This document shows positions 1-16,914 of a DNA stretch of 64,000 nucleotides, in pieces. The first letter of the stretch is position 1; the number at the start of each line of letters is the position of its first letter. The notes beneath the pieces were generated by a model. The model did no database searches. It saw only the letters and a program-made list of their open reading frames with translations, and was not told the DNA's origin. Where the stretch lies: positions 2,400,001 through 2,464,000 of the forward strand of contig CM000155.2 of assembly GCA_000004695.1 (NCBI GenBank), read 5' to 3'. The position numbers and the translations under genes were made by a program. This stretch comes from Dictyostelium discoideum (Eukaryota).

Positions 1-254
1 TTTATTTATGTACAAGGGTCGAATATTTTATTTTATAGTTTAATGTTTGGAAAGTTTTTTTTTTATTTTCTTTTTTTTATATAAAAAAAATACAATTTAA
101 AATTTGAAAATTAATATGGTAAAAGTAATTTCGAAATATTGAAATAAAAAGGAAAAAGAATACTATATAAATATCTTTTTTTTTTTATATATATATATAT
201 ATCGCTATTTTTTTTTTTTTTTTTTTTTAATATATATTGAATTTTTTTTTTATA

Positions 255-261
<7 letters not shown>

Positions 262-314
<53 letters not shown>
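262..314. repeat. Poly(dT) homopolymer tract of about 53 nt. A matching poly(dA) of about 50 nt lies at 705-754.
   Basis: The homopolymer runs are visible directly. They are typical of Dictyostelium intergenic/promoter DNA. Confidence 0.9.
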
Positions 315-317
<3 letters not shown>

Positions 318-703
318 GGTAATTTTATTTTAATGGGGGGGGTAAAAAAATGATTTTTGATATGTTAATTATGATAAGTGTGTAGGTGCTTATAAAAGAG
401 TTTTTATTACCTATTTAAGTATTTTTTCCGGTGTTAAAATTTTTTTTATTTGTTTAAATATAAAAAAAAAAAAAAAAAAGAAAAAAAGGATTGTATGGAT
501 TTAAAAATATAAAATAATTTAATGGGCGATATATAATGTACAACAAATTTAAATAAAAATAAAATATTTATATATATATAAAATAAAATAAACAAATAAC
601 AATAATAATAATAATAATAAATAAATAAATGGTAATGTTGTGTGTGTATGTGGTTGTGTATTGTTATTTAAAAAACAAAAAAAAAAAAAAAAAAATTTAA
701 AAA

Positions 704-756
<53 letters not shown>

Positions 757-1277
757 AATAAAAAAAAAATTAAAAAAAAAAAAAAGTTGTAGGTGTTATT
801 AATATTAATAACTTATTTTTGGTTGATCTTGATTTTTTTTCTTGATCTCATATTTTAATAAAAACCATCCAATAAAATAAAATGATATATATCATATATT
901 ATGGCAGCATGGTGTGTGGATATTATTAGAAGTTTGTGTGTTAGTGGTGATAAAAATAAAAAATAAAAAATTTTAAAATTAAAAAATTAAAAAATTAAAA
1001 AAAAAAATTAAATTTTTTTAAATACAAACCTACCTCTCTCTCTCTTTTTTTTTTTCTAAAGAAACTGATCTTTTTTTTTTTTTGGTTTTTTTTTTTTTTA
1101 TTGGGGTATTTTTTATTTTTTATTTTTTTTTTTTTTATTTTTTTTTTTATTTTTTTTTATTTTTTTTTTTAATCAATCATTTCCAGATTTTTTTTATTTT
1201 TTTTATAGGCAATGGGTCAATAAAAAAAAAAAAAATATCCAATCAATAAACCTCCGTAGGTTAATTTATTATTTTCT

Positions 1278-1308
<31 letters not shown>

Positions 1309-1590
1309 GTTCATATTTTTTATTTTATTTTTTTTCTTTTACTTTTTTTTTTTTTTTTATTATTTTTAAAATTAATATTAATTTTTTTTTGGGGGGTCAA
1401 TGATAATGATTGTGGTTGGGGTTGTAAGCTTAGATCTGGTCAAATGTATTACTCCATAATATACTTGGCGATGAATGGAAAAGATCCTCAAGTGCAACTC
1501 ATCCAGATGTATATAATAATGTAAAAATTTTCTAAAAAAAAAAAAATGATGTAATTAAAAATAGAAAATTTTTTCTAATTTTTTATTTTT

Positions 1591-1680
1591 AAAATTAAAT
1601 TTATATTTTGTGAAAAACATAAAATTAAATTTATATTTTGTGCAAAACATAAAATTAAATTTATATTTTGTGAAAAATAA
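1591..1680. repeat. Three tandem copies of a 30-bp unit (aaaattaaatttatattttgtgMaaaacat) in intergenic DNA upstream of eIF3e.
   Basis: Copies at 1591-1620, 1621-1650 and 1651-1680 differ by 1-3 bases. The track ORF 1555..1800 (minus) is just this repeat translated (TKYKFNFMF x3). Confidence 0.9.
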
Positions 1681-1981
1681 AATAAATAAATAGAAAAAAA
1701 AAAAAAATAAAAAACCTTTTTTTTGGAAACTAAAAATATTTATTTTTATTTTTATAAAATTATAACCCAATTTTTGTTGAGTGTTTCTTTCCAAAACCAT
1801 TTAAGCAATGATTTAAAAATAAAGATAAAATAAAATAAAATATAATATATATTATAAAAGTCATAAAAAAAAACGTGAAAAAATTTTGTACTTCAATCAA
1901 AATTTTTTTTTTTTTTTCAATTTTTTCTTTTTTTATTTTTTTTTTTTTTTTCAATTTTTTTTTATTTTTCATTTTTTTTTT

Positions 1982-2016
<35 letters not shown>

Positions 2017-2070
2017 ATCGTATTGATATTCCCATACTATTTATTCAAAAATATTTAGCCAAACCATAAA

Positions 2071-3845
2071 ATGGAATACGATTTAACCAAACAAATATGT
2101 TCATTCTTAGATGCACATATGATGCTTCCATTAATTAACTATCTCAAAGTAAAGATCAATAAATAAAAATAAAAATTTAAAAAAAAAAACACATAATAAT
2201 AATAATAATAATAATCTTTATCTTTATTTTTTTTTATTTTTTATATTTAGGATACTCAACAATATCAAGAGAATGAAATTAATAAAGCAATGGCAGATAT
2301 TTTATCACAAACTGGTTGTTGTGATTATGCAATCAATGCTTATGAATCAATTGGTAGAGATACAGCACCACTCCAAGCCAAAAAACAAGAATTGGTTGGA
2401 GAACTTAATAAATTAAAGGAACAATGTTCATTTGTAACTCAATATATTGAATCAAAGAAACAACAAAAAGAACAACAAAAAGAATTAAAAGAACAACAAA
2501 AAGAACAACAAAAAGAAAAAGATACAGATAAAACTACACCAACTACTACAGATGAAACAACTACCACCACCACTACAGCACCAACCACCACCACTACTAC
2601 AACAACAACAACTATTACACCAATTACAGTTATTCCATTTTCACAATTATTAGAGAAAATTACACCAGAAATTTTAGATAGTATATATAGATTTTCAAAA
2701 TTATTATTTGAGATTGGACAATATGGATCAGCAAGAGAACATTTAGAGATTTTCCTTCAATTATCACCAACCCATCAAAATAAAGACAAGAGATTATCAG
2801 CATTATGGGGTATCCTCGAATCAGATATCCTCTCATTGAATTGGGGTCAAGCAGTTGGTGACATTTCACCATTACAAGATCAAATCGATTCCAATGGTAC
2901 ACCAGTTGAACAATTGGGTCAAAGAGCATGGTTAATTCATCGTGCACTCTTTGTCTACTTTTACAACCCAGAATCACGTTCATCATTGGTTGATTTACTC
3001 TTGGAGGATAAATATTTAAATGCCATTCAAACCACTTGTCCACACATTCTTCGTTATCTCGCCGTTGCCATCATTGTCAATAAAAAGAAACAACAATCAA
3101 ATGTTTTCCAACGTATTTTAAATGCACTCGTACGTGTCGTCGAACAAGAAGCTTACGTCTATCGTGATCCAATCACTCAATTCATCTCTAGTCTCTTTGT
3201 CAAATTCAACTTTGAAGATGCTCAAGCTCAACTCATTCTCTGTGAAAAAGTTTTGAAAAATGATTTCTTCCTCAATACCTGTGTCGATGAATTCATGGAA
3301 AATGCTCGTGTTTGTGTCTTTGAAACTTATTGTAATATTTTAGAATCAATTGATATTGAGTAAGTTTTATATTATTATTAAATATATATTTAAAATTACT
3401 ATTTATATATATATTAATATATATTTTTTTTTTTTTTTTAAAAAAAACCAATAGTATGTTATGCAAAAATTTAAGAATTGATCCAGAATCATCAGAGAAA
3501 TGGATCGTTGAAGCAATTAGAAATACTAGATTCTCTGCAAAGATTGATTCAGCAAATAATCAAATTAAAATGTTTACTCAACATAATTCCTATCGTCAAG
3601 TTATGGATAAGACAAAAGCATTATTTAATCGTGGTATCGAAATGGTCGTAGGTATCAATGAATCTAGAAGTCAACAAAATAGAAAAGGTGGTGATAACCG
3701 TAAGAATCAACGTGGTCAAAATAGAAATCAACAAAATCAACAAAACCAACAATCTAATGAATCAAATGAAACAACAACAACAACAACAACTGCAGCAGCA
3801 GCAACAACAACAACTACTACAACTGCAACTCCAACTTCCGCTTAA
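2071..3845 (+). CDS. eif3E: Eukaryotic translation initiation factor 3 subunit E (eIF3e/Int-6). Three exons: 2071..2148, 2251..3359, 3455..3845.
   Basis: Exon 1 MEYDLTKQICSFLDAHMMLPLINYLK matches the eIF3e N-terminus ([26 protein letters not shown]). The central exon carries the PCI-region motifs NAIQTTCPHILRYLAVAIIVNKK and DPITQFISSLFVKFNFEDAQ. The last exon LRIDPESSEKWIVEAIRNTRFSAKIDS aligns with human [27 protein letters not shown]. Introns are gtaaag..tttag and gtaagt..aatag and keep the frame. There is an Asn/Gln/Thr-rich C-terminal tail. Confidence 0.9.
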
Positions 3846-4470
3846 ATTTTATTATTAAAATTTTAATAACACACACTCATCCATCCACCATCATCTGAAA
3901 TAATAAAATCACGCCGCACACTCCGCACCCACATCCGCACCCACATCCGCACCCATCACTTTCACATTTATTCATTCATTCATTTAATATTAATATAGAT
4001 AGAGATAACGATATAGATATATAATATCAAATGATACTATTTGTTGATCGATTTTTATATAAAAAAAGAAAAAAAGTTAAAAAAAAAAAATAAAAAAATA
4101 AAAAAAAAAAAATAAAAAACTAAAAATATAATTAAAGAAACGTTTTAAAATTTTTATTATTTTATTTTATTTTATTGATTTGTTGTTGTTGTTGTTTTGT
4201 TTTAATCAGTCTGTTGGAATGAATGAATGAATGAATTTTCTTTCTTCAAACAAATTCGGAATAAAAGTTATTTTTAGATAAAAAAAGAGGACAAAATCTA
4301 AAAATAAAATTTTTAACAAAAAAAAAAAAAAAATTAAAAAAAAAGAATGGATTACATTAATTTTTTTTCAACTTTTATTAAAAATAAATAAAATTAAATT
4401 TTTGCTATTTGTTGTTTATTATTTCTGTTTACAATTATTTTTATTAATCTTTTTTTATAATTAAAAAGGT

Positions 4471-4512
<42 letters not shown>

Positions 4513-4645
4513 TGTAAGTATTTATCCAAAAACGGAAAAAGGTTAAAACTAATTTTTTTTTTTTTTATTTTTTTAAATTTTTAATTTTTTTATTTTTCAA
4601 CTTTTTTTTTATTTTTTTTTTTTGTTTTTATTATCGCTTTAACTA

Positions 4646-4678
<33 letters not shown>

Positions 4679-4734
4679 TCTAAAAATTAAAATTAAAATA
4701 TATAAAAAATTAAGAATATTCCAAGGAGGTTGAA

Positions 4735-6126
<1,392 letters not shown>

Positions 6127-6224
6127 ATAAATAAAATAATGTAAAATTAAAAAAAAAATAAAAAAAAAAATAAAATAAAATTATTATTATTATTATTATT
6201 ATAAATAGTTTATTTTTCAATTAA

Positions 6225-7517
6225 TTATTTTAAAGTTTTTAAATATTCTTTTAAACCAATTAAATTCTTTCTTTGAAGTTGTTTTGGAATTAATTGTAAA
6301 ATTGGATTTCTATTTAATTGAATATCTTGTAACCAATTCATACGAATGATTTCAGTTGGTAATTGTTCTATTTTATTATTTGAAAGATCAATTTCATATA
6401 ATGATTTCATATCTATAATTGATTTTGGTACGATTATAATTTGATTTTCATTTAATTCAATTCTACATAAATTTGTTAATTGAGATATATTTGAAGGTAT
6501 TTCTTGTAATTCATTGAAATTTGCTGATAGTGTACGTAGAGTTAACATTATTTCACAAATTGGTTCTAAAGATTCCAATTGATTACCACTGATATAAAGT
6601 TCAGATATTGATTTCATAGTTGATTGAATACCAATTCTGTTTGCTTCCTCCATCCAATTTGAAAATGATTTAATTTTATTATTATCTAAATATAGAATTG
6701 ATAATGATACTAAATTTATAAATTCAAATGGTATTGATTCCAATTGATTATTTGAACAATTTATTGATATTAAATTTACACAATTTAAACCGATTGAATT
6801 TGGTATCGATGTTAATTGATTCGATTGTAAATCTAAATATTTCAATTGTTTACAATTACCCAACTCGTTTGAAATCATTGTAATTGAATTGAATGATAAA
6901 TTTAAATTCTCTAAATAATGTAATTGTCCAATCTCTTTTGGTACATCTTTTAATCTATTATTTGATATATCTAATTCTCTTAATGTTATACAATTTAATA
7001 CAGCCCATGGAATTCTTAAAAATTGATTAAATGAAATTGTTAATGATTTTAAATTACATGGTAATCTATTTGGTGGTCCATCAATATTTAAATTACCAAT
7101 TTCATCACCATCATCGTCAATATTTAAATCATCACCAGTCATTTGATTTCTATCCAATGATAATTTCTCTAAATTTACTAATTCACTTAAATTTGGGAAT
7201 GATTTTTTTAATTTATTTGATGCTAATGATAAATATTTTAAAGTTAATAATTGATTAATTGGACAATAGGATTTATCATTTAAACCTGAACATAATGTTG
7301 AATCTGTAATTTCATTCTTTGATAATATTAACTTTTCAATCCTTTTTAATTTACTAATACAATTGATATCATTGATTTGATTCTGATATAAATTCAATAC
7401 TTCAATTGAATTTGATATTATTGAATAATCACCAATTATCTTTGGTATTGATGTTAAATTATTTTGACTTAAATCTATCTTTTTAATATTATTTAAATTA
7501 TTTAAATTATCTTCACA

Positions 7518-7548
<31 letters not shown>

Positions 7549-7610
7549 TCCTCTATAAATTCTAAATCATTATTATTTAAATTTTTAAAACTCCAATCAA
7601 TTTCAATTGA

Positions 7611-7656
<46 letters not shown>

Positions 7657-7686
7657 GCATTATTACTATTAGCATTATTATTATTA

Positions 7687-7747
<61 letters not shown>

Positions 7748-8333
7748 ACATTATTTGATTTAATAGTATATCTCTAATATCGATTATTGGAGATCTTGGT
7801 GATGATGAAGAAATTGATGAAGTTGCATCATTTGATGAAGAAGTGCATGATCTTGGTGATGTTAAATTTCTTGGTGTATTGTTTCTACTATTTGGTGCTG
7901 AATAATGTTGTTCATCATCATTGATTTTTAATGTTGGTATATCAAGATCTAATTTAAATTGATTATTACCACTAATATTCGAACTATTATTTGTTTTGGT
8001 ATTCTTTGTTGATGAATTCTTTTTATTTGATTTATTATTTGATTTACTATTTGATTTATTACTTTTATTACTATTTCCACCACTACCACTACTTCTTTGA
8101 TGTCCAACTGAATTGTTTGTATTATTATTATTTATATTATTATTATTATTATTACTATTATTATTATTATTATTATTTATTTCAAATTGATCTCCTAAAG
8201 GGGGCTGAGAATATATTAATGATTTTGATCTTGTTCTATTTATACTTGTAGGTGGTGGGGAGTATATTGATGATGATACAACTGTTGAGTTTGATCTTTT
8301 TCTAGATATTGAACTTGAATGATGATTACCCAT
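6225..8333 (-). CDS. Leucine-rich-repeat (LRR) protein with an N-myristoylation-type N-terminus and long poly-Asn linkers (Shoc2/SDS22-class LRRs).
   Basis: 702-aa single ORF. The N-terminus MGNHHSSSIS fits the MGxxxS myristoylation consensus. The N-terminal half is low-complexity (Ser/Asn/Thr). The C-terminal half has about 18 tandem LxxLxLxxNxL(xx)IP repeats (LKYLDLQSNQLTSIP, LYEIDLSNNKIEQLP, LSELYISGNQLESLE). Confidence 0.85.
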
Positions 8334-8938
8334 TTTTTTTTTTTTTTATTTTTTTTTTTATTTATTTTTTATTTTTTATTTTTTATTTATTGTAGTTTTA
8401 ATATTTTTATGTGAATTGAAAAATAAAAATAAATAAAAAAAATAAAATTATGATAGCAATAAGGATTTTATTTTTTTTTTTAATTTTTTTTTTTTTTATA
8501 TGGATATTATTTAATTACTAGTAATAATTATTGTTATTAGTATTCTATTATACTAGAAAAAATAAAATGAAAATCTATAAAATATTTATGTATATATATA
8601 TATATATATAATAATTTTTTTTTTTTTTTTTTTTTGATATTTTTATAACTTTAAAGAGTTTAAGGAAATTTTTTTTTTTTTTTTTAATTTTTAAAAATTC
8701 TAATTAAAACTTAATTTTTTAATTAGTTTTTTTTTGAAAATTTTAAAATTTATATGTATCAATTATATAATTACAAATTAATTAATTAAATTTTACCTTT
8801 TAAAACATAAACATTCATAAACCAATTATAACAAACTGCCACAAGATAATGAATTTTTTTACATATGATAACAAAAAAAATATAAAAATATAAATATAAA
8901 ATTATATAGATCACTTTTTAGTTAATTTTAAGCTTTAT

Positions 8939-8960
8939 TGTGTGTGTGTGTGTGTGTGTA
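8939..8960. repeat. (GT)n dinucleotide microsatellite in the LRR / hypothetical-gene divergent intergenic region. A second degenerate run lies at about 8995-9018.
   Basis: tgtgtgtgtgtgtgtgtgtg, then later gtgtgtgtgtgggtgtg. Confidence 0.85.
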
Positions 8961-9636
8961 TTGTTAATATGTAATTAAATAATTACAATTATTTGTGTGT
9001 GTGTGGGTGTGATACTATTATTTTTAGTTGTGTGGTAAAGAGATTATTATTATTATTTTTTTTTTATTTTTTTTAAAAAAAAAGGACACTGTGAGTGAAT
9101 TATTAATAAATAAAAATTAAAATTAAAATAAATTTAAATACACCGTGAGTGAATTATTAATAAATTATGAAAATAGGTATAGGCTGGGATTATAAATGAA
9201 TTTATAATAAAATGATTACAATTAAGAATACACGTAGGAAATTTAGTTTCTCGAGTAGCTATTAACAGTCGTAATGAGCCAAGAAAAACACAAGATTGAA
9301 TAAAATATCTTATTATTGTCTTTTAAAATTAATATTGATGAAATAACTCTAAATTATATCATTAATATATGAAAATGAAAAATAAAAATAATAATTTCTT
9401 TTAATAGAAAAATAAAAATAAAAATAAAAAAAAAAAAAATAAATAAAATAAAAAAAAAAAAAACAAATAAATAAATAAAAAAAAATAAATTAATAAATAA
9501 AATTTTCAAATATATATATTTACCCCCCACAAAATACCACCACATTTGTTTTTACAATTTTTATTTCATTTTTTCCTTTCTTTCTTTTTTTATTATTTTT
9601 AGCTCTAGCTTAATTATATTCCAAAATTAAAGAATA

Positions 9637-9667
<31 letters not shown>

Positions 9668-9868
9668 AATGAAAAAAAGTGAAAAATCAGATGATGATGA
9701 ATCTTAACTGGTAAATAATTTTTTTTTTTTTTTTTTATTTTATCTATAAAAAGATATTTTTTTTTTTTTTTTTTCCCCCACAAATTTGTAAACAACCAAC
9801 GAAATTAAATTTAATTTTTTTTTATTTTTTTTATTTTTTTCAATTTTTTTTTAATTTATCATTTAAAT

Positions 9869-13081
<3,213 letters not shown>

Positions 13082-13793
13082 TAAATTATATTTTTAAATC
13101 TTGGGAATAAATATTTCCTTTTCTTTTTTTTAAATTAATCCTTTTTTAAATAAACGGATTAATTCCAACAAAATCTTCAAATGTATCGATTTAATTTTTT
13201 TTTTTTTTTTATTTTTTTTTTTTTTTTTAATTAATCCTTTTTTTATTTTTTTATTTTTTTTTTTTTTTTTTTTTTTTATTATTTTTTTTAATTTTTAATA
13301 TAATGGTTTTAAAATAAAAAAAATTAAATAAATTAAAAATTATAATTTTTTTTTTTTTTTTTTTTTTAATTAGATTCTTTTAAAAAAAAAATTAAAATAA
13401 TATTAAAAATAGGAATTAAATAAATTAAAATATTGATAAAATCTTGAATCTAAGGATAATGAAAAATAAAAAAAATAAAAAAAATTTATTGAATTTCCTA
13501 TTAAGTTAATTTCCTGTTTTAGTGTTTTTTTTAAAATAAAAAAAAAAAAATAATAAAAAATTAAAAATAAAATTTAAAATAAAAAAAATAAAATATAAAA
13601 ATAAAATAAAAAAAAAATTTTAATAAACTATAGTCTTCGAATGAACTAATAAAATAAAAAGTAAATATAATTATTTAAATATTTATTTTTATATACATAT
13701 ATTTAAATATTAATAAAAAAAATTTTTATTTGGGAAAAAGAAAAAAAAAAAAAAAAAAAATTGGAAAAACGATTTAAAGAAAAAAAATAAAAA

Positions 13794-14951
13794 ATGGGAA
13801 TTGAACAAGAAACTAAAGATGATTTTATTTCAATGTCACATGAAGGTGAAAGATTGAGTAAAGAAGCCAAAATTGAAGCAGATAGATTGAGTAAAGAAGC
13901 CAAAATTGAAGCAGATAGATTAAGACAAAATGTCAAATTAGAAGCTCAAGAAATAAAAAAAGATATTGAAAATCAAGCTCATAGTTCATGGGATACAGTT
14001 AAAGATGGTGCTAAATCAGTTCAAGACTATATCGTTAGTGGATTTGAAACTGTTAAACATTCAATTACAACCGATCCAGATGAATTGGCAATGGAACATT
14101 TGAAGGATAATATCAATGAAAAGATTGAAAATGTAGATAAAGAAGGTTCATCCATCCTTGGTGAAATTACCGATTTCTTTAAGGGAACCGCCGAAGAAGT
14201 CAAAATAGAAACAGATAAAATTGGTATGGGTGCATTCAATGATAGTGATCCATTTGTTGGTGATGTCCATAAAACATTCAATAAGACCACTGATAACTTA
14301 AAGGATGAAGCATCTAAACTCTCCAAAGATGCCAAATACCATTCAAATAGACTCTATGATGAATCTGGTAAAATCTACAAAGATACAAAGAATGAATCTG
14401 GTAAACTCTACAATGAAGTAAAGAAAGAATCTGGTAAACTCTTTAATGAAGCCAAGAAGGAAACCAATAAACTCTACAAAGATACCAAGAATGAAGGATC
14501 CAAATTGGCAACCGATTTAAAGAAGGATGTTGAGCAATTTGCTGATGAATCTAAAAAGATTGCTGCCGATATTAAAAACATTGCCAATGATACTTATCAA
14601 GGTATAACCAATGATGCATCAAAGAAAGCAAATGAACTTAAAAAGAAAGCAGGTGAAACTCTTGATGAATCTGCTGGTGCCATCGAACATCAACTTGATC
14701 TCTTCAAGAGAGATTTCAAATATCTTAACCAAAGAAGTGGACTTATCTATAGTGGTTTTGGTTTGGTTGGTGGTTATGGTGCTTCAAAATTCTTGGTTCC
14801 TAATGCTTCTCCAATCACTAAATTAACTTTAATGGCCGGTTTTGCCTCATTGGGTGCTTACTATGGTCTCCATCAACCATTCAATAGAACCATTGATAAT
14901 TCTCTCAATAGATTAAATAATAAAAAAGAAGAAATCAAAAAGAAATGGTAA
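13794..14951 (+). CDS. 11-mer amphipathic-repeat protein (LEA-group-3 / perilipin / apolipoprotein-like) with a C-terminal hydrophobic hairpin.
   Basis: 385-aa ORF. It has an exact 33-bp tandem duplication encoding RLSKEAKIEAD x2, then many degenerate 11-residue repeats (KDTKNESGKLY / NEVKKESGKLF / NEAKKETNKLY / KDTKNEGSKLA). The hydrophobic Gly/Pro-containing segment GLIYSGFGLVGGYGASKFLVPNASPITKLTLMAGFASLGAYYGLHQP is followed by a basic tail. Confidence 0.7.
   Translation: MGIEQETKDDFISMSHEGERLSKEAKIEADRLSKEAKIEADRLRQNVKLEAQEIKKDIENQAHSSWDTVKDGAKSVQDYIVSGFETVKHSITTDPDELAMEHLKDNINEKIENVDKEGSSILGEITDFFKGTAEEVKIETDKIGMGAFNDSDPFVGDVHKTFNKTTDNLKDEASKLSKDAKYHSNRLYDESGKIYKDTKNESGKLYNEVKKESGKLFNEAKKETNKLYKDTKNEGSKLATDLKKDVEQFADESKKIAADIKNIANDTYQGITNDASKKANELKKKAGETLDESAGAIEHQLDLFKRDFKYLNQRSGLIYSGFGLVGGYGASKFLVPNASPITKLTLMAGFASLGAYYGLHQPFNRTIDNSLNRLNNKKEEIKKKW
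13851..13916 (+). repeat. Perfect 33-bp tandem duplication inside the CDS, encoding RLSKEAKIEAD x2.
   Basis: agattgagtaaagaagccaaaattgaagcagat occurs twice in a row. A third copy begins agattaagacaa. Confidence 0.9.
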
Positions 14952-15199
14952 AGAATAAAAAAAACATTTAAATTAAATGCTATTTGAAAAAAAAAAAAAA
15001 AAAAAAAAAAAAATAATAAAAAAAAAAAAAAAAAAAAAAAAAGAGATACAAAATCCAAATGCCACAAACACTGTTATGTATTTATTTTTTAAAAATTTTA
15101 TTTTTTTATTTTTGAAATTTTTAAATTTTTCTTTTCTTTTTTTTTTTTAATTTTTTTTTTTTTTTTCTTTAGCACAAATAAATATATATACGCATTTAA

Positions 15200-15583
15200 A
15201 TGAGTAATTTGCCTCCAATTGTAGATAATGAAAAAGAAGGTAGATTTGAAATGAAGTTTGATAATGGGGAAATTGCCCATTTAGATTATATCATTCACAA
15301 AGGAGGGGAGTATGATTTAACACATACATTTGTTCCAAATAGCCAAAGAGGAAAAAACATTGCATCTCTTTTATCAACTGCTGCTATGAACAAAGTTAGA
15401 GACAATCAAAAAAAGGTTGTCTTATCTTGTTCAGTATGTATTTAAATTTTTTTTAAAAATAAAAAAAATATTGGAAATCCAAAAAATATAACTCTAATAG
15501 TAAAAAAAAAGTATATCTCAGATACATGGTTACCAAAAAATCCAGATTATATCAAATATGTTATTAGATTAATTAAAAAATAA
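15200..15583 (+). CDS. NATD1-like protein (GNAT-fold, about 102 aa). Two exons: 15200..15433, 15511..15583.
   Basis: Exon 1 ...GRFEMKFDNGEIAHLDYIIHKGGEYDLTHTFVPNSQRGKNIASLLSTAAMNKVRDNQKKVVLSCS resembles human NATD1 ([49 protein letters not shown]). With the intron gtatgt..aaaaag the second exon reads YISDTWLPKNPDYIKYVIRLIKK*, matching the NATD1 tail [20 protein letters not shown]. The unspliced reading ends VCI*. Confidence 0.65.
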
Positions 15584-15987
15584 AAGTTTTTCTTTTTTTT
15601 TGTCTAATATGAATTTATAATTGTCCAAAAATAAAAAAATAAAAAAAAAAAATGAAACTATGAAGTTAGAGCAATAAATATAATGTTTTTATTTTATTTT
15701 TTTGTAGCAAATAAATAATTTATTTTTGGTTTTTTTTTTTTTTTTTTTTTTTTGGTATTGTTTAATAAAAATACATATTTTATTTTTACGAGGTGATATC
15801 ACACTTTTTTTTTTTTTTTTTTTTTTTTGTAATGGCTGTACAAGATAGGAACGATACACTATCGAACTATTAATTATTATTGCTTCTATTATTGATTTTT
15901 TTTTTTTTTGTTTTGTTTTTGTGTTGTTTTTTGTTATAATAATTAAATTATTGAATTTTTTTTTGTTTTTTTTTTTTTTTTTTTTAC

Positions 15988-16846
15988 CTAAAGGATTAAA
16001 CAATCACCACCTTTAAACTTTTTAAGGATACCACCTTTTTTATCTTTCTTTGATCTGCCTGGCTCTTTGAGTGATTTTTTGATTTCTCTAACCACTTCAA
16101 AGAAACATTCATCCACATTCAATCTTTTCTTGGCAGAGGTCTCCAAGAATGGAACAGAGAAAGATTTAGCCAATTCACTTCCTTCACCTTCAGTAACTTC
16201 ACGAAGGTTTTCTAAATCACATTTGTTACCGACTAATACAATTGGAACTTTATCATTATCTTTTACTCTAATGATTTGTTCTCTAACAACATTAATTTCT
16301 TCAAAAGAAGTTCTGGATGTTACATCATAAACACATAAGAAACCTTGACCTGTACGCATATATTGGTCTCTATATTATTTAATATTTTAAAAATATTAAT
16401 ATTTTTTTTTTTTGATCTTTTTTTTTGATTTTTATAAAAAAAAAAAACCACCAATCAAAATATATCGAGAATGAAGATAATTTGATTTGCTAAATAATTT
16501 ACTAAATTGAATAAAATCAACATACCTCATAGCACTGTAATCATCTTGACCTGCAGTATCTAAAATATCTAATAAACAAGTATCTTCATCGACTTGACAT
16601 TGTCTACGATAACTGTCCTCTGTTTTAAAATATATATGTTTTTTAAAAAAAAAGAGAAAAAAAAGAGAAAAAAAAAAATATATTAATAAAAATTCTTTAT
16701 GATTTGTGATCAAATGATTAATACAAACCTATTGTTGGATCGTATTCCTCAATAAAGTGATTTTGGATAAATTGGATAGTAAGTGCACTCTTACTGTTAA
16801 AATAATTTAAATAATTATTGTGGTTAGTTATTTAGTTTTAAATTAA

Positions 16847-16882
<36 letters not shown>

Positions 16883-16883
16883 T

Positions 16884-16914
<31 letters not shown>

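Noticed and set aside
880-1530. Small ORFs in the two leftmost mixed-composition islets: MAAWCVDIIRSLCVSGDKNKK* (889-954) and MIMIVVGVVSLDLVKCITP* (1401-1460, with a longer AUG-less open frame to 1530).
   Set aside because: They are 19-21 codons and isolated in more than 1 kb of pure AT spacer, with no acceptor/donor context and no homology. They could be the end of a gene lying left of the window, but this cannot be supported from the sequence shown.
1555-2069. Track ORFs 1555..1800(-), 1760..1972(-) and 1875..2069(+), and similar F/K/I/L-rich ORFs elsewhere (9354..9795, 14873..15280, 15689..16003, 17535..17832, 23652..23978, 33228..33410, 34116..34304, 41192..41620, 42117..42320, 58863..59057, 59410..59670, 62557..63103, 63519..63740).
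   Set aside because: These are translations of poly(A)/poly(T) and AT-repeat intergenic DNA. Their products are homopolymeric Phe/Lys/Ile strings with no codon structure. They are not genes.
2660-3043. Antisense ORFs inside confirmed genes: 2660..3043(-), 5342..5530(-), 5705..5914(-), 7031..7258(+), 7991..8251(+), 14027..14335(-), 16067..16330(+), 27979..28329(-), 28836..29027(+), 29698..30030(+), 31279..31518(-), 31882..32160(-), 32727..32957(+), 33639..33989(+), 36060..36431(+), 52784..53008(+), 54451..54751(+), 56636..56848(+), 60380..60577(-) and 61991..62326(+).
   Set aside because: They lie opposite or overlap strongly supported homology-bearing exons. Several are just the reverse-frame reading of codon repeats (poly-Y, poly-L and similar). 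There is no independent support.
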